Part shown: piece by piece, positions 44,319-53,273 of the stretch
How positions within the stretch are numbered: the stretch's first letter is position 1
Layout: every line of letters starts with the position of its first letter
Assembly: GCA_009778725.1 (NCBI GenBank)
Contig: WRFP01000001.1
Location: 1 to 54,660 of the forward strand
Direction: 5' to 3'
Length of the DNA stretch: 54,660 nucleotides
Origin: Propionibacteriaceae bacterium
GTDB taxonomy: Bacteria > Actinomycetota > Actinomycetes > Propionibacteriales > Propionibacteriaceae
Notes under the pieces: model-generated
Database searches by the model: none
The model's input: the letters and a program-made list of their open reading frames with translations, nothing else
What the model was told of the DNA's origin: nothing
Translations under genes and position numbers: made by a program

Positions 44319-45047
44319 TCAATCCTTTGGTGGAGTCGTTGGCCTGGTCAGCGCGATGAGCAGAGCAAGCAGACTTCGACCCAGATAGATGACTGACTTC
44401 ACCGGTGAGGTCGAGGGTTTGCCTGCCTGACGCTGTCGCATCTGGACAGGAACCTGGGTCACGGTGAGTCCTGATCGAACTGCCATGACCAAGGAGTCTA
44501 CGGTGTCACCCAGATACTCCGTTGGAAAATGAATTCTATACTGCTCGATCGCTCGTCGGTTTCCGGCACGAAATCCACTCGTGACATCGGTAAGCCGCGT
44601 GTGTGCCAAACCTGAAATGACGCGGGCAAGGATCCCCATCATGAGACGCCGGGAGGCTCCGGCAGAGTAACTTCCCACACCAGCGAACCTAGCCCCAATG
44701 GCAATGTCTGCTTCTCCCAGTGCTTCGAGAATACGGGGAATGTCTCTCGGATCATGCTGACCGTCTGCGTCCAACTGGAGAACTTGGTCATAGTCGTTAC
44801 GGTGGGCGTACTCGAACCCAGCTCGTAAGGCTCCCCCCACACCCAGATTGAAGGGGAGGCGCAACACCGAAACCCCAGAGTTTTGAGCGATGTCGGCGGT
44901 GTCATCACGGGAACCATCGTCGACGACCAAAGTGTCGATTGCGAGGTGTTGACTGCCCAATTCAGCCAGTGTCTCACCAATCACAGCTCCTTCATTCCAA
45001 GCCGGAATGATCACGAGGGTTCGAGGAGATGCGTCAGGATCGACCAT
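44319..45047 (-). CDS. GT2 polyprenyl-phosphate glycosyltransferase (DPM1/GtrB/PpgS-like)
   Basis: LVIIPAWNEGAVIG, VVDDGSRDDT and QLDADGQHDP (the DxD). It is 242 aa and soluble, with no C-terminal TM domain. Confidence 0.8.
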   Translation of the reverse strand: MVDPDASPRTLVIIPAWNEGAVIGETLAELGSQHLAIDTLVVDDGSRDDTADIAQNSGVSVLRLPFNLGVGGALRAGFEYAHRNDYDQVLQLDADGQHDPRDIPRILEALGEADIAIGARFAGVGSYSAGASRRLMMGILARVISGLAHTRLTDVTSGFRAGNRRAIEQYRIHFPTEYLGDTVDSLVMAVRSGLTVTQVPVQMRQRQAGKPSTSPVKSVIYLGRSLLALLIALTRPTTPPKD

Positions 45048-45084
45048 GGTCTACACACTACCTCACCTTCAGTCACGCCTGATG

Positions 45085-46353
45085 TCATTGTTCTTCGGTC
45101 CCACGATCTGATGTGCGAGGGATCGCCATCATGCCAGTGACATGGACAATAACTCCACACGAGGATCCGCCGATGAGGGCCACGATGACTGTGACTGAAA
45201 GGGTCCACGGAATCCACAACATCCCGATCGTCACCACGATGGCGACGACCCACCCCGTCATGTAGACCGTATGTTGATTATTGGCCAGGGCCAATGTTCC
45301 TGTCAGAACGACGAGACATAAGAAGGCTGCACCTAAGGTCAGCCCACCCACTAGTAGTGGTCCGAGTCGATATTCGGGGCGCACCAAACCCAGCAGAGGC
45401 GGCCCAATGATCCCTGCCACAATCGACGCCAGAACGCCCAGCCCCAGAACAGCAAGCACGATTCGACCAACGACTCGAGGACTTCCTCCCCGCTTGACGA
45501 AGTGAGCAACGATCATCGACTGGAAGGCGTTCAGAGGCAGCATCAATGGAGCCCGTGTCATAGAAATTGCGAAGAGCAACCCGGCCGATTCTTGGATGAT
45601 GCTGTTGCCCTCGACAAGTCCCAAAAGCGTGGGAAAACCAACCACCAATGCTGTACTGGCTAAAGTCGCCACGACCGCTTGGCTAGTTTTCCCAACATAT
45701 TCACGCACATTAGTGTCACCTCGGCTGCCGAGAATCGAACGGTATCCTTTGAAGACGAGAACCAGCACCACCCAGGTCAACGTTGCCACACCCGCCGCCA
45801 GCTTCACACCGACTAGACCTGACAATGCCAATGCAGCAATGACGATAGCGACACTGCGAACAAGCGGATCAGCCACCATGAGTACGGCCGCAGACACCCA
45901 CCGTCCCTGTCCGCCAAGAACCCCCACGACCGAGGTGTACCCCCCGTAGACGATTGCAGCCAATGCGACAACGACCACTGACAACAGCCAGTCCGAGCCA
46001 AAAACCCGCGGAGCCCACAGCAACGATGACAAGAAGAAGATCGCAACAACCCCTGTGGCAACGCCAAGTCCCGCAGGCACGACACGGACGTGATGCGTGG
46101 CTGGCACCACCATGGCTTCATCTCCAGCAAGAGCCGCAGTACGAGTGGATCGTACTGTTTCGAATTGGATGCCGCCCAAGGATCCAAAGACCCAGAAGAG
46201 CACAGACCAAAAAACAAGGAACTGGGCATTGAGTTCAGGGGACAAGACCTTCGCCATCACTACCATGAGAACGAAGCCGGCTACTCCGGCAATGCCACCT
46301 GCCAAGCCCACGGACCCCACACCAGTGAGGGTCTGCCTCGTCGGTAACTTCAC
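45085..46353 (-). CDS. Polysaccharide flippase-like (Wzx/MOP-type) membrane protein
   Basis: 422 aa with about 12 TM helices, located inside the glycan locus. I read no diagnostic motif. Confidence 0.55.
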   Translation of the reverse strand: MKLPTRQTLTGVGSVGLAGGIAGVAGFVLMVVMAKVLSPELNAQFLVFWSVLFWVFGSLGGIQFETVRSTRTAALAGDEAMVVPATHHVRVVPAGLGVATGVVAIFFLSSLLWAPRVFGSDWLLSVVVVALAAIVYGGYTSVVGVLGGQGRWVSAAVLMVADPLVRSVAIVIAALALSGLVGVKLAAGVATLTWVVLVLVFKGYRSILGSRGDTNVREYVGKTSQAVVATLASTALVVGFPTLLGLVEGNSIIQESAGLLFAISMTRAPLMLPLNAFQSMIVAHFVKRGGSPRVVGRIVLAVLGLGVLASIVAGIIGPPLLGLVRPEYRLGPLLVGGLTLGAAFLCLVVLTGTLALANNQHTVYMTGWVVAIVVTIGMLWIPWTLSVTVIVALIGGSSCGVIVHVTGMMAIPRTSDRGTEEQ

Positions 46354-46535
46354 GTGTTCGGGTCTCCCCTCAAAACCGAAACTTGAGAAGGCACAGCAGC
46401 GCTTGATGTATAGGTACCCACAGACACCTGCGACGACGCCATGGTGAACACCTTATCGCACAGACCACTATCGGGGCCGACTCTCCAATTCACAACAGAA
46501 GAATCCACATGTGCAAGTCTCCCGCCAGGGGGAAC

Positions 46536-47528
46536 TCATCGAATACCTTCTTGCCGCATGACAACCATCATGTAATTTGAACCCAAGCGGGTGTGTTTAC
46601 GAATCTCCCGGCGAGAGCGTGCGTACATCGGCAGCCGAAGCAGACCGATCACGTAAGTACCAAGTACTTTGCGCATGCCCTTGACTCCGTGATCGTGCTT
46701 GACTTGTTGCAGGAAATCCTTGATCCCTTTGAGTAACTCAGGCATGGACAGGAAGATCAAACGCCATGGTGTGTTTTTGTACACCACAGCCAGATGGTTG
46801 CGGGCCGTCATGATCACCGGGTACATCTTCATGTTCTTCTTGGCACTCACCGATCCCATATGGTACGCAACTGCCGTTGGCACAAAGAACGAGTCATATC
46901 CTGCCACCAAGGCGCGATACGCGACATCGACGTCTTCGTAGTACATGTAAAAGCGCTCGTCGAAGAAGTAACTGTCGGGGTCAGGTTGGTGCTCGATGAA
47001 ATCGCGGCTGAACATCGCCGCTGCGGCATTGACACCAAAGACCTTTCGAGGATAGTACGCCTCGTGATCCACCAGTTCGGTGTAGCCGTACTGAATCCCC
47101 TGGAGTCGCTTCGACACATAGATATGGCGGGAATCGACAATGTGATGGTCGTAATAATCTAAGGTCAAACCCTGGGCCGCTGCCACAGAAGGTTTGCCGT
47201 CAACGTAGTCCAAAATGTTGCGGGTCCACTGCGTGTCCAACACCGCATCCGAATTGATCAGTGCCACCCACTGCACATCTGGATTTCGCAGAGCGTGCCG
47301 AATGAGAACATTGTTTCCCTTAGCGAACCCGAGGTTACGCGTGGACTTGAGAAGATGAACCTTGCGATACTTGCGCACCTGTGTGATCGTGTCGTCTGAG
47401 GAATCATTGTCCAGAACATAGACATCAGACTTCACACCGGCCTGCGCAAAGATGGAATCGATGCATCCGGCAATGATGTCCGCATTGTTCCAGGTGACGA
47501 TCAGGTACGCTACTGTCCGATTTTCCAT
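46536..47528 (-). CDS. GT2-family glycosyltransferase (WbbL/rhamnosyltransferase-like)
   Basis: YLIVTWNNADIIAGCIDSI and YVLDNDSSDDT, with LINSDAV as the DxD region. Confidence 0.75.
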   Translation of the reverse strand: MENRTVAYLIVTWNNADIIAGCIDSIFAQAGVKSDVYVLDNDSSDDTITQVRKYRKVHLLKSTRNLGFAKGNNVLIRHALRNPDVQWVALINSDAVLDTQWTRNILDYVDGKPSVAAAQGLTLDYYDHHIVDSRHIYVSKRLQGIQYGYTELVDHEAYYPRKVFGVNAAAAMFSRDFIEHQPDPDSYFFDERFYMYYEDVDVAYRALVAGYDSFFVPTAVAYHMGSVSAKKNMKMYPVIMTARNHLAVVYKNTPWRLIFLSMPELLKGIKDFLQQVKHDHGVKGMRKVLGTYVIGLLRLPMYARSRREIRKHTRLGSNYMMVVMRQEGIR

Positions 47529-47532
47529 GTCG

Positions 47533-49131
47533 CTATATCCCTACCGTATCTTTCAGGACGACAAGCGCGTCGCGGGGGGAGAGATTGTCGTTCAACAGGG
47601 TGTCACGGAAGGGCATCGCAGCCGGATACAACCTGATCAGCCCCCACAGAACAAGACGGTCAGACCATGTTCTGCCATCGACGACACCGGTGAGGAAGAG
47701 CTCGGGATGGTCAGTATTCACCGGGAATGCCACCACCGCATCGTCGAGTCCATCAACGTCGCGAAGCAGATCCGGCAAGCCTGCCAGTCCGGAGAACGTC
47801 ACATCACCGCGGTGATACAGCGGACGAAGCTGACCCTTGTGCTCCATGAAGCCGGCGTTGGCCACCAAATTATCGTTGCCGGTCATCAACAACGGAGCCA
47901 CCGCCGCAGTCTGCGGCAGTCTGAGCGCCCCGACCAACTCATCGAGCCAACTACGGTCTTTCGGAAGATACATGGCCCGCATGACGACCACCGCATCAGC
48001 CTCACTGGCAGTGCACTGCTCGGAAATATCTGCTGTCGGTGGAAGGCACCTGAAACGTGGAACAACCCACGTGGCACCGGTCGCGGCTCGCAGTTGTTCT
48101 TCGAAACGACTATTCACCCTGACGTCGTCCGAGACCATCACGACGACATCGACCCGACACGACCACCGAGGATGGCAGTGATACCATGCTGGCTTGTCAG
48201 GAAGGATATCGACGCCATCATGGTCCACACCGATGGCATCGAGATAGTCTGTCACCGCAGCCGTGCCTGCTTTCATTGCGTACGACTTTTGGCCGATCGC
48301 ACGCGAGGACGAGAACTGCGCCTCTCGCCAGTGGTAGAGAATCTTCGGAATATGCACAGTTGTGATCTCACGCGGCAGAGCATGAATCCTCAACAACAGG
48401 TCATAATCCTGGGCACCATCGCGATCCGGACGCAACAGCCCCACTTCCCGTACCAGATCTGCCCGGATGACCGACAAGTGATTCGTGTAGTTCATCTCCA
48501 GGAACATATGCGGCGACCAGGATGGCTTGAACGAGGGGCGCTTGCGATACCACCCGTCATCGCTGATCGCATCCTCATCGGAGTAGATGACATCCACATC
48601 CTCGTGATCGGCGATCACCACAGCGGCCTCGTTCAGCGCATGGTGTGACAAGGTGTCGTCATGGTCGACGAACACAATGAACCGACCGCGCGCCTGCTGA
48701 ATCCCGGTATTGGTGTTACTCGCGATTCCTGCGTTCGTACCCAGACGGACATATCGGAACCGCGAGTCACCATGCGACAACTCTTCCAGACGAACAGATC
48801 GATCCCGGTCAGTTGAGGCATCAGCCATGATCATTTCCCAATCGGCAAATGACTGCGACGCCACGGAGTCGAGCAGTGGGATGAGGTATTCATCTGGCGT
48901 GTTAAAGAAGGGTACGACGATGCTGAACAATGGCTGTTCTGCGTTCGGTTCAGTTCTCAACGGCGCATGGAAGACAAAAGGTTCGACATTCTTGATGTAT
49001 GCCTCGAAGGGGTGTGTCCAGGACAATTCGCGAGTCAAACCCATCCGCGAGGTCACTTTGCGAATGGTTTGTCCCCGCGCTGAATAGACAGGAAACAAGA
49101 TTGCGATCCCTCTTCGGAATAATGATGGCAT
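47533..49131 (-). CDS. Two-domain GT2 glycosyltransferase (532 aa), paralog A
   Basis: FSIVVPFFNTPDEYLIPLLDSVASQSF, VFVDHDDTLS and YSDEDAIS, plus a second C-terminal domain of about 230 aa. Confidence 0.8.
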   Translation of the reverse strand: MPSLFRRGIAILFPVYSARGQTIRKVTSRMGLTRELSWTHPFEAYIKNVEPFVFHAPLRTEPNAEQPLFSIVVPFFNTPDEYLIPLLDSVASQSFADWEMIMADASTDRDRSVRLEELSHGDSRFRYVRLGTNAGIASNTNTGIQQARGRFIVFVDHDDTLSHHALNEAAVVIADHEDVDVIYSDEDAISDDGWYRKRPSFKPSWSPHMFLEMNYTNHLSVIRADLVREVGLLRPDRDGAQDYDLLLRIHALPREITTVHIPKILYHWREAQFSSSRAIGQKSYAMKAGTAAVTDYLDAIGVDHDGVDILPDKPAWYHCHPRWSCRVDVVVMVSDDVRVNSRFEEQLRAATGATWVVPRFRCLPPTADISEQCTASEADAVVVMRAMYLPKDRSWLDELVGALRLPQTAAVAPLLMTGNDNLVANAGFMEHKGQLRPLYHRGDVTFSGLAGLPDLLRDVDGLDDAVVAFPVNTDHPELFLTGVVDGRTWSDRLVLWGLIRLYPAAMPFRDTLLNDNLSPRDALVVLKDTVGI

Positions 49132-49238
49132 TCTCGATGGCCTCTCTATGCTCCGCCAATGAGTGAGTCTACAACACCTCTCCTGGGGCCTTGACGCTCG
49201 GTGTTCATCCTGATTGCTGGCCGACTACGCACGACAGC

Positions 49239-50834
49239 TCAGTTCTTCCACGTGGATTTCCTCAACACAACAGATGCGCCATTGAGGACGAGATTGTCGT
49301 TGAAACGCGTGTCACCGAAGGGAACCTTGGCTGGGAGGAAGCGCACCGGGCTCCACAGCACGAGATTGTCACGCCAGTGTCTTCCATCGACGACACCGGA
49401 AACGAAGAGCTCGGGATGATTCGCCTGCGTGCGAAAGGCCACAACGGCATCGCTCAGCCCATCGACATCGCGAACGAGATCCGCCGGGCCAGCAAGAGGA
49501 AAACCAGTGGTGTGGGCTCCTGGGTACAAGGGTCTCAACTGACCCTGGAACTCAACCCAACCCGAATCAACCACCCGATCACGAACGGCGCCCATCAACA
49601 GTGGGGCAACAGCCGCCGTCTGGGGCAATGCCAGTACCCCCACCAGCTCATCGAGCCAAGTGGAATCTTGCGGGAGAAACATGGATCTGATCACCACCAC
49701 CGCGTCAGCGGACGCGTCACAATGCTCCCGGACATCAGCACTGGGTGGGATGGACACAAACCTCGGTGTGACCCATCGGGGGGTAGTCGCCTCACGTAAC
49801 AGTTTCTCAAATTGGCGGTTCGTCCGGGCATCTGGTGACACCATGACGATGACATCGGTGCGGCATGACCACCGGGGATGACAGTGATACCACCAGGGTT
49901 TGTCCGGCAAAAGACTCACACCCTCGTGCTCCACCCCGATGGCATCCAGATAGTCACGCAACGCGACTCGTCCAGCCTCCACTGCGTACGACTTGGTGTC
50001 CAAAGTTCGCAACGTCGAGTTCTCCGCCTTCCTCCAGTGGTAGAGGACCTTCGGGATATGCACCACTGTCAATTCTTGCAAGGTGTGAATCCTCAGCAGC
50101 AGATCGTAGTCCTGCGCACCGTCGAGTTCAGGGCGAAACCCTCCGATCCGCCTGATCAGTTCGGCGCGAATCACCGACAGATGATTGACATAGTTCATTT
50201 CAAGGAGCATGTGAACCGACCAGGACGGCTTGAACAATGGACGCATCCGGCGCTTCCCGTCATCGCTCAACACATCCTCGTCGCTGTAGACCACATCCAC
50301 GTCCCGATGGTCTGCGATCACGGCGGCGACCTCATTGAGCGCATGTGGTGAGATCGTGTCATCGTGATCGACGAATACGATGAACTGCCCGCGCGCCTGT
50401 TTCAACGCTTCGTTCGTGTTGGCCGAAATTCCCAGGTTCCCAGGCAGACGGACGTAGTGAAACCTCGAGTCCAGACCAGACAATTCCTGGATCCGATCTG
50501 CCCTCGTCTCATCGGTCGACGCATCGGCGATGATGAGTTCCCAATCCTGGAAAGACTGAGCACGCAGGCAGTCAAACAACGGATTCAGGTACTTGTCGGC
50601 AGTGTTAAAAAACGGGATGACAATGCTGAACAGAGGCTGATCCGTGGCATTCGGCGTGGCAACCGGTGAAAGAAACGAGAATGGTTCTACAGCCTTGATG
50701 TACTTCTGGTACGGATTTGTCGCCAAGAACTCACACAGGGCGCTCAGCCGGGACATCGCCACTCGAACCACCTGTCCTCGTGCAGTATGCACGGGAAACA
50801 CACGCTGAAGTCGGCGTCCGATCAATCGTTGCAT
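49239..50834 (-). CDS. Two-domain GT2 glycosyltransferase (531 aa), paralog B
   Basis: FSIVIPFFNTADKYLNPLFDCLRAQSF, VFVDHDDTIS and YSDEDVLS. It is collinear with paralog A over its full length. Confidence 0.8.
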   Translation of the reverse strand: MQRLIGRRLQRVFPVHTARGQVVRVAMSRLSALCEFLATNPYQKYIKAVEPFSFLSPVATPNATDQPLFSIVIPFFNTADKYLNPLFDCLRAQSFQDWELIIADASTDETRADRIQELSGLDSRFHYVRLPGNLGISANTNEALKQARGQFIVFVDHDDTISPHALNEVAAVIADHRDVDVVYSDEDVLSDDGKRRMRPLFKPSWSVHMLLEMNYVNHLSVIRAELIRRIGGFRPELDGAQDYDLLLRIHTLQELTVVHIPKVLYHWRKAENSTLRTLDTKSYAVEAGRVALRDYLDAIGVEHEGVSLLPDKPWWYHCHPRWSCRTDVIVMVSPDARTNRQFEKLLREATTPRWVTPRFVSIPPSADVREHCDASADAVVVIRSMFLPQDSTWLDELVGVLALPQTAAVAPLLMGAVRDRVVDSGWVEFQGQLRPLYPGAHTTGFPLAGPADLVRDVDGLSDAVVAFRTQANHPELFVSGVVDGRHWRDNLVLWSPVRFLPAKVPFGDTRFNDNLVLNGASVVLRKSTWKN

Positions 50835-51171
50835 GTACGATGGCCTCTCCGTTTTTATGGGCTCGTGAGTTTACAGTACGACTCGCACGCGCCTGGAGCA
50901 ACATCGATACGTGTTCACGCCGGGAAAGCCTCTCATCGATTTTATCGAGCATCTATACTCTGTATGGATGGTGCTGTCATTGGGAGTCCCAATGGCGTGG
51001 CCTCATGGTCACCACGCGCGCAGGATATCTGCCCGTCTCAGGCTGGTTCAGCATCTTGGACCGCAATGGCTACACGTGGTTGACTTATCTGGTCAACACA
51101 GGAAGGCGGATCAGACATTGAGCACAGCCAGTGATCGAGCCGATCGCCTGTCACAGGAACCTCTCCATGAC

Positions 51172-52017
51172 ATGTTCCCGCGACACACGATGCTGAAGGG
51201 ATCTCTTGGCTCCATCCAAGAAATCTGGAAGCGCCGAGAATTGGTCAACCTGCTCGTACGCCGCGAGATCCGGGCCAAGTACAAGGACTCTGCCCTCGGC
51301 CTGGTCTGGAGTTTGATCCGCCCCTTGGTGCTGCTGGCGATCTACTACGTCGTCATCGGCAAGTTCCTGGGAGCCACCAGGATGATCGCGAACTTCCCCA
51401 TCCACCTCTACGCCGGGCTGACCCTGTGGACCTTGTTCCAAGAGGCGGTCTTCGCCGGAACCGGGTCGATCCTCGCCAATTCGGCCATCGTCAAGAAGAC
51501 GGCACTGCCCCGTGAGATCTTCCCGCTGACCAGCATCGGCGCGGCTGGTTTCAATTTCACCATCCAGTTGGTGATCCTCATCGTGGCCGTCTCCTTCACC
51601 ACCGGGTTCGACTGGTCGATCGGCTTCCTCCACTTCCCCCTGGCCATCGTGACGATCGTCACCTGGGCGACCGCCTTCGCCCTGCTGCTGTCCGCCCTCA
51701 ACGTCTACATGCGCGACGTCCAGCACCTGGTCGAAGTGGTCCTGATGATCGGATTCTACGTATCACCGGTCATCTACAGCTGGGGAATGGCCGCTCCCCA
51801 CCTGTCCGGGGTGTTGCAGGAAATCTACCTGGCCAACCCGATCACACTGGCTGTGATGGGCACCCAACGAGTCGTCTGGGACGCCACTCCACCCTTCCCG
51901 TGGCCCACCCACTTGGGAACCCGTCTGCTCATCGCGTGGATCGTCGGTCTCGTGGCAGTTTTCTTGGCACAACGCCTCTTCAATCGCCTTCAAAGCAACT
52001 TTGCCCAGGAGATCTAG
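51172..52017 (+). CDS. ABC-2 type polysaccharide export permease (Wzm/TagG/RfbD-like)
   Basis: EIWKRRELVNLLVRREIRAKYKDSALGLVWSLIRPL is the ABC-2 N-terminal signature. Six TM helices. The start is uncertain (TTG 51118, ATG 51172 or ATG 51190). Confidence 0.8.
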   Translation: MFPRHTMLKGSLGSIQEIWKRRELVNLLVRREIRAKYKDSALGLVWSLIRPLVLLAIYYVVIGKFLGATRMIANFPIHLYAGLTLWTLFQEAVFAGTGSILANSAIVKKTALPREIFPLTSIGAAGFNFTIQLVILIVAVSFTTGFDWSIGFLHFPLAIVTIVTWATAFALLLSALNVYMRDVQHLVEVVLMIGFYVSPVIYSWGMAAPHLSGVLQEIYLANPITLAVMGTQRVVWDATPPFPWPTHLGTRLLIAWIVGLVAVFLAQRLFNRLQSNFAQEI

Positions 52018-53220
52018 ATGGGTGTTGAGGTCGTACGGGTCACGGATGTCAACAAGACATTCACCATCAAGAAACAAAAGTCTCTCAAAGAGCGCTTGGT
52101 CAATTACCGTACTGGCAAACTCCATGAAGAGACCTTCGCCGCGTTGAAAGACATTAACCTGTCCATCGATCTGGGAGAGTCGGTCGGTTTGATCGGCCCG
52201 AACGGATCCGGGAAATCGACTCTGTTGAAAATCATCGGCGGGATCCTGTCTCCAGACTCCGGCCAGGTCTTCACCAGAGGACGAGTTGCGGCACTGCTCG
52301 AATTGGGGGCAGGTTTCCATCCAGACTTGTCGGGCCGGGAGAACACCTTCCTGAACGCATCCGTGCTCGGATTGACCCGCGAGGAGACTGAGCAGCATTT
52401 CGACGAGATTGTTGAATTCTCCGGTATCGGGAACTTCATCGACACCCAAGTCAAGTTCTACTCCTCGGGGATGTACGTCCGCCTCGCCTTCGCCGTCGCT
52501 GTCCATGTCGATCCGGACATCCTGCTCGTTGACGAGGTCCTCGCCGTCGGCGATGAGCCCTTCCAGAAGAAATGCATGGATAAGATCCATAGTTTCCAGG
52601 AGGAGGGCCGGACCATAGTCTTCGTGTCTCACTCGCCGGGCCAAGTGGCGGATGTGTGTGACCGCGCGATCGTGCTCGAACAAGGATCGCTGGTCGAGGA
52701 CTCGACCCCCATCGTCGCCCTCGGGCGGTTGCGCCGGGACTACCAGGAGGTCATTGCCGCCGATCAGGCGGACCAGGAATCCTCCTCCTCCCCCTATGAG
52801 GCCAAGATCGACCGCATCTACCTCACCGACTCCCGTGGTTCTCCCCACGACTCCGATTTCCAGGTGGTGATGCCACCGGGATCCGACCTTGAAATCAACT
52901 GCGAGGTAGCCTTCCCTCAGGCCGTCCCGAACTGGGCCTTTTCAGTCATCATCGAAGACTTTCTTGGCCGTACCATGGTGGAAACAGACACCCGAGAAAC
53001 TCTGCACGTGAACATGCCTTCTCAAGCCGGCACAGTACGTTTTCAGATCGCCTTGCCCGCTCTGCAACTCGGGGAGGGTGAGTACACCGTTCGGGTCAGC
53101 GTTCGTGACGATCAGGACCGGGTTCTGGATCTGCTCACTCACGCCGGTAATTTCGCCGTACGAAGCTTGAAACATGTCCTGGGACCTGTCTATTGCGAGC
53201 CCCAAGTCACCATTTTGTGA
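52018..53220 (+). CDS. Polysaccharide export ABC ATPase (Wzt/TagH/RfbE-like) with a C-terminal extension of about 150 aa
   Basis: Walker A GPNGSGKST, signature YSSGMYVRLAFA, Walker B LLVDEVLAVGD. A beta-rich C-terminal domain follows (residues ~255-400). Confidence 0.88.
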   Translation: MGVEVVRVTDVNKTFTIKKQKSLKERLVNYRTGKLHEETFAALKDINLSIDLGESVGLIGPNGSGKSTLLKIIGGILSPDSGQVFTRGRVAALLELGAGFHPDLSGRENTFLNASVLGLTREETEQHFDEIVEFSGIGNFIDTQVKFYSSGMYVRLAFAVAVHVDPDILLVDEVLAVGDEPFQKKCMDKIHSFQEEGRTIVFVSHSPGQVADVCDRAIVLEQGSLVEDSTPIVALGRLRRDYQEVIAADQADQESSSSPYEAKIDRIYLTDSRGSPHDSDFQVVMPPGSDLEINCEVAFPQAVPNWAFSVIIEDFLGRTMVETDTRETLHVNMPSQAGTVRFQIALPALQLGEGEYTVRVSVRDDQDRVLDLLTHAGNFAVRSLKHVLGPVYCEPQVTIL

Positions 53221-53273
53221 CCGGCTGTCAGCGCCAGGAGCGTGCTGAAGACATTGTCACTATGACGGCGATG

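Noticed and set aside
53221-53273. Possible terminator hairpin between the convergent wzt and glmM genes (cactatgac...gtcacagtg).
   Set aside because: The stem is short, has a mismatch and a G-U pair, and has no U-tract. It is too weak to call.
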